Positions 58,139 through 64,000 of a stretch of 64,000 nt of DNA are shown here, one piece after another (position 1 is the first letter of the stretch; the number at the start of each line of letters is the position of its first letter). Origin of the DNA: Asterias rubens (lineage: Eukaryota); contig NC_047065.1 in the NCBI RefSeq assembly GCF_902459465.1, positions 7,874,001 through 7,938,000 on the forward strand. The letters are read 5' to 3'. A program made the position numbers and the translations under genes. The notes below the pieces were generated by a model, which made no database searches, was not told the origin of the DNA, and saw only the letters and a program-made list of their open reading frames with translations.

Positions 58139-59163
58139 GACTGCTGGCTTTGCATTCACAGTTACAAAACGGAAATCTTGATAAACCTAAATAAATTTCC
58201 AATATCACAGAACAAACATCCATCTTTGTAAGTAGTGCTTCAGCTTTATACTCCAAACGATATACCATTGGAAATCAAACAAGGTATCTTACAAAGGATG
58301 GACTAATACAACAAATGAAATAAAAGTTGGGTACAATTACAGTGTTTGGTTACCAGTTAATTCCCACGGGGAAATATGACCTATGCCAGCTGTAATTCTT
58401 TATTTAAAGGTGAAGTCAAACTACCGTTGTGTTAGTGAAATCATAACATGTAATAATTGTACTATACATGTATATATACCACAAATCATTTTAATAAGTA
58501 CAACGAGACAAAATACCGAACTAAAAATTGAATAAATAAATATTAAAGAAAGAGAAATACAGTATCAATCTGTATCAAGATAAATGTGAGAAACATGGTT
58601 CATGCAAAATTATTTAGCTTTATTTCTTCAGAAATCGTATATTGTAGCATTTAGTTGAGAAGTATCCTGGAAAAAGATACTTTAGTGGCTCTTCAAGAAA
58701 CTACTGAGATGTAAACAATGCACAAAAGGAAATAATACAAAGGTTTTCCATTTCCAAACAGATGTAAGATATTTGGTCTTATTTTATTGAAAGCCCAGCC
58801 TAGTGCTAGGAGTTTACCTTCATATCAAATTGGTAAGGTTTTAATCATGGGGTGAGTAGCCAGTGATTCAATGATGGGGAACTAAGTGTAATTGAAGACA
58901 TCAGGCCTATCAATAACACATGATCAGTAGCAGCTAGACATCTTAGTACTTCTGCCTCTCTAGCAGCCGTTAAAGGTAAACATCACACAAAATATACCTT
59001 TTCCCCACAGATATCCCTCCTTTTAGCCTGCGCCACATTCACTAATTAATTACTTTTTTCCCACTTCTTCCCACCCTTGATATTGTCCTTTGTGTTTCCA
59101 TCTTCTAAGGGACTGTGACGCTACTCTGTTTGTACTTCTGGAAAAGAAGTACATAAACCATAC

Positions 59164-59560
59164 CTTGTGTTTTGACTAGAGACTATAGGAATATAACCCG
59201 GAGAACGCCGAGTGTCTCATTGTGCGTGCGGTTTAGTTGAGAGACCATTTTTACGGACGCGCATACGCCTTTTTTGAAACGCGTGTGTGGCAAAATATTT
59301 TGCCATACAATGACATCATCATTGACCAATGAAAACGCTAGTAACTGTCTATGTGCGCTGACATCTTGCCATTTTGCCATACACGCGTCTCACGCAATGA
59401 TAGTTTTGCCATACGCGTATCGCGCGGTATTGATACGCCGCATCCAAAGAAGACACAGAGGGTGGCCGAGCTCATCATTCTCCGGGTTCTATTTCTATGC
59501 TAGAGACGCGAGAGAGTTGCCCTTTAAGTTGTGTGGACTTGCTCTTCCTGCATGAGTGCT
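59164..59560 (-). promoter_or_regulatory. CpG-rich candidate promoter or non-coding first exon of CBFA2T
   Basis: Dense CpG in otherwise CpG-poor DNA; AAG|gtatgg donor at 59163; an in-frame TAG prevents coding into the 54538 exon. Confidence 0.3.
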
Positions 59561-61593
59561 TAGATGACAACCAGGCAGGCAGGAGTGTGTGTAGCAGATG
59601 GGTTGTCAGCCTGTCATCAATTAATTTACTGTAATGGACAGACCAGGGCTGGGCAGGCCATGTCACAAGGGGCATTCGATGTTTCATTTCCTCTAGTATC
59701 TCATTAGTTAATTTACTCCCCCAGCTCAAAGGAAAGCCCCCCCCCCCCTTCCTCCCCACTCTCCTAAATTTTCATCAATTTTCCTTTGCGCACTGGACTT
59801 AATTTATCGTCTCTGTTTAAATTGTCTTGTTCAGCAGACAACTGTAATTTTTTATAAGAGTATCAATGGGACAGAGCTGCGGTAATAATGCTAATTGGGT
59901 ATAATTAAAATGTTTAACAAATATCAGTTTATACGCTGTAATTGCTATGGAGGGATTTTCTGCACAGTATTGTCTCTGACAAATCTTGATAAAGTAAGTT
60001 CATTCACTCATGCTTTTTTTTAATCACAAATTGATTGTATTTTTGAAAGCGTACATGGGAAATTAACAAGGCTGGTTCAGTTGTAACACAAACTAATGTA
60101 ATATGAGTATCTACTAATACTTAGATCAATGGCTACACCCATGCAATTTATCCATCACCCATTTACTAAATGTTGACAAACCTGGGGGTGAATTTACAGA
60201 GTGGAGAGTTCCTATTTCTAGTTTAGCTATTGGCAAGGGTTTGGATCCAAAAGATGGAATGGACAGAGGACTGGATACAAATTAATTAATGGTGTGACAA
60301 AGAGCCCGGAGTGATATAGTGCAGTAGAGTGGTAAAGACCTGTCATGTCTTGGGGAATGCTAGCCAATGGTTAGAAGCAGGCAGATGGTCTACACTCACT
60401 ATGTCCGACCATGGTCCGACAAGCCTAGTCTACCTTCTTCTCATGAAGGAGCTGATAATAGCACAAGGCCCAACCCATTGCCTTTATGTAGCACTTAACC
60501 ACAGGGGGGTACGCGTACATAGACTTTCAACTTTCCCACTTATCCCAAGAAAGCTCAGTTGACCCTGTTCCCTGTGACTAAGGATAATTATCTGATTATG
60601 ACATCTGTTGGCTGGGCAGTCGGTCTGTCTGAGTTGTCATTCATTTTACTTAGTTACACAGTTACTTTTAATATTCTTGCAATACACTAACAGCTTGGAC
60701 CCCACACTGCCGTATTAGTGGTAATTTTGGGACTCTAATCTCAGCCATCTGGCTCCGTATTTGGTATGATAATAATGATGAGTGAATACCATGGAAACGC
60801 ATAGCAGATCAGGCTTTCCTTTCATCAGTAAAATGGTTGAGTCTGGACCAGCTGTATGGTTAAAGCTTAGTATGAGCTCGCCATGCAACGTGAGTTACAC
60901 TAAGCGCTACACTGCATGTTTGATCAAGCATGTTTAACAACACTACATCTGAAACTCTTACTGACGTTCACATTAATAACCTCTTTTTCTAATTTTTTAA
61001 TCAACCGTACAAATGTGCCACATAAACACAATTGTTCTTATTCAACAACAGAGGGTATATTTCTGAAATTAACTTTTTGTTTTAATCATAATGTTTAAGT
61101 ATCAAGCCTGTACAGAACTCTTAGCCAGAACAACCAAGAGCACCGAGCGAGCTCTGAAAGCCTATAATACCAAACCTTTATGCATTATGCTGTTTTTTAT
61201 TAATCTAGCAGTTCAGCAGGACAGCTGATAAAGCAATTTATGGGGGGAATCTCTTCTCAACCTTGCCTTGCAGATTTGGTTTCCTGAGTTGTTTCATTGT
61301 AGGATTTCCTTTAGGTTGAATACTAATTGATAGCACAGCAGCTGGTAGAGAGGATTTGGTGGGATCTACCCACAAATCCTGAGTACGAATCCTCCCTACA
61401 CTCAAAATGGTTTCTATGGCATGATTGATTACTTTTAGATAAGAAAAAACATTACTTTGTACGTTATTTACTGTATCTACAAGAGTACAGAAAAATCACC
61501 ATTTCTTATCAAGTTTGATTAAAAAACTGTACTGTTCACACATTGTTTGTAAACTAACAAATCATAACTGTTCCTAAATGGCACTCAACTTAC

Positions 61594-61639
61594 CTCTTCT
61601 ACTCTTTTCAAATCTTCTAAGCCGCTTGTTACAAAACAT
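61594..61639 (-). CDS. Candidate first coding exon of CBFA2T (MFCNKRLRRFEKSRR)
   Basis: ATG at 61639-61637, open for 46 nt, then a consensus GAG|gtaagt donor in phase 1, matching the 54538 acceptor; no homology support. Confidence 0.5.
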
Positions 61640-64000
61640 GGATGTATACGTTTCAGTTGAAAATTCTAATGATCCTTTTAGATGTACCACATTCACAACA
61701 ATTGGTCTCTGATTACCCACTGGATTGCTTTTGTCTTTTATATACATTTTTTAAAGTAACGTATGTATTTGCAATTAAAGTGTTTCTAAATTAAGGTTGT
61801 GATTGCGTGTTGTGAGCTTCATACCGTACTTCCTCCTGACGCATTTGGTTTCAAATTGTCTCAAGAGTACGATAACCTTCGGCATTATGACTCTAACATT
61901 CATTGTCATTCTGTATATGTAAATGATCTTGACATAGAGGTCAACTTGAAATACCTGGTTAGATCTGATAAGGATAGGTAATTCCACAGCTTCCGGAAAT
62001 AGCATATTGAAATAGGATGATGTAATCCAAGAAGGAACAGAAACCCTATAGTTTTATTGTAATCAGTGGCAGGCACTGCAGTATGAATATTTCATGTTTC
62101 AGTAAAACAACTTTCGCTTACTATGATTATGAATATAGATATTCTAGAAGGTTTTTATGTAGCAGTGGACTTGTGTTATGGAGTTAAGGATTATGTCTTA
62201 TATATCAAACTTCGTTCCACTCCTTGCAGCAGTAATACCTGGCGCTTTGTATCCTTTGGCAAAAGGCGCGTTATAAATACGGTTATCATTATTAATATTA
62301 TTATTAATATCGATCGTATAGCCTATAGGCTACAAAAAGCCTGATGCCCTAATCCAAAAACACATTAAATCATTCCTTGATTCAACCTGAATAGTACAAA
62401 ATGCTGACTGGGTTAGCACTTGTAAAATCATAGAAGACCCTCTGAGAACTATCAATCCTGTTTTAAATCCAATTTTCTCTCATGAGTTCATTAAATTCCA
62501 ATACATGGGATTTGTGTTGGCAGTTCAAAAATATTATTAACATTCTAGTATTGTGTGATCTTCAGAAACCACAGAACAAAACAAGCCAGAAGCAATCCAG
62601 AAAAACAAAAGGAAAGTAAAAATGTCCACCGCAGAAATAATAGATTATTATTCCAAGTGAATAGAGGAACTGTATAACATGAGAAATCATTTTCTTAGAA
62701 CACTGTCATAGTCCAGGAAAACCACAAAACTATACACCCACAGTATGCAAGAGTATCAATTACAGTGCACTCAGTCATACAACACCTTACCACTTAACAA
62801 TACAAATAAATACTGAATTATGCAATGTCGAGCATTCTCAGTCATAAATACCGCTTAAGAACACAAGTTAATGTCAAACAAGTTTAATTTGACTCTGTTT
62901 TTATGAAATATTGACAAATATTTGCCAGAAGTACTTGTCGTTGGGTGAATTTGGTAATAGTTACAAAATTCAACCCAACTCCTGCTTCTGACTACTACAA
63001 ATAAACTGTGATATTTTTATCGAAACAAATGCAACAGGCCTTCATTTTAATAAATCCGAGGAGAGCTGTAAATTGCTCTCCTTAATTCAAGAAAATGAAT
63101 TAAGGAGAGCGTTTTGCTCTCGCTAACAAAACCCAAGTTTAATGAACACGTACTCAAGAAAATGAACACAAAGTTCACCAGTTGTTTAACTTTTTCTTAC
63201 TCAATTTAATGAGTTTACTTTAATCATGAAACAACATTTGCAATCAAAATGAATGTTTCGATAAATTAAATAGACCCCACAATTATGTATATCCCCCAGG
63301 CACCCCCCCCCCTAAAAATAAAAAGTTTGGTTATCCGCTGTTAATGTTGCCACCCTTTGAGAAAAAAAAGAATAGGCCTAAGTACAAAATATGGCAGAGA
63401 ATGAAATTGTCTTCACTTTATAGTAATTATCTTTTGTGAATTTGCCTAAAGATAACAGAAAAACTGTCAAAAAAAAAATTGTGTCCGCTATTTTTCAATT
63501 ATTTTGTTATTTCTTGGGGCTTGTTTAATACTGTAGTTGTCTGTAGCTCTCTCCAGAGCAAAGAAACATTCTTGTCTGTGGATGTGCGCATCGGCACCGT
63601 AGTGTGTACATGTACGTCAGCGTAATCGGTGTGGGGAACCACCGACTGCTGCCGATCGTCGATCGCGCCACAAAATGACCGCGACTGATTAGCCTGCCTT
63701 GGCACGGCCAGCTTCACATACTGCACACAGGGCCGACCACGGACCATACTTTTGTACACTTGTACTGGACATGCAGTACATAATTATTACACACAGTGCA
63801 AACTTATCCATATGCATGAGCTACAACACCATGTGTGCTTGTGATTGGTCTGGAATAATATCTGCATACAATGGGTAGTACGCGGGATCTTCCATATGCA
63901 TCAGTACGCGATTATGTGACTTGTGATTGGACCGGCGTTGCAAGCGCCAAGAATGAAGGACGCGCGCTGGCAGTAGTTGTTGCAATGTCGCTATTTAAAA

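Overview
AT-rich, intron-rich animal genomic DNA. It is probably an invertebrate deuterostome such as a sea star, but that is an unverified impression from repeat content and protein similarity. Two convergent (tail-to-tail) spliced genes were reconstructed by hand; every junction is GT-AG and the phases are consistent. (1) On the + strand, 13 exons (496-23546, about 518 aa, 5' end outside the window) encode an FG-GAP-repeat protein with a C-terminal transmembrane helix, resembling Arabidopsis At3g51050/NERD1. (2) On the - strand is a CBFA2T1/RUNX1T1 (MTG8/ETO/nervy) corepressor with NHR1-TAFH, NHR2, NHR3 and MYND domains: 9 firm coding exons (54538-39806) plus a candidate first coding exon (61639-61594), about 578 aa in total. 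One intron of the FG-GAP gene holds a decayed, intron-containing Mutator/Phantom-like transposase (PHD finger, FLYWCH-like segment, DDE core) next to a Gypsy integrase remnant. The rest is L2/CR1 LINE fragments, tRNA-derived SINEs, about 16 copies of a TTAA-flanked ~380-bp MITE, other palindromic MITEs and tandem repeats. No CRISPR array, rRNA or intact tRNA was found. Three observations stand out. A structurally covarying 15-nt ssDNA hairpin core (CGAGRC-GNA-GYCGAG) sits at the centre of long hairpins in several unrelated repeat families. An 86-bp tandem array has amplified an exon end plus its 5' splice site 13 times. The transposase has a PHD-FLYWCH-MULE architecture. None is proven novel without database searches.
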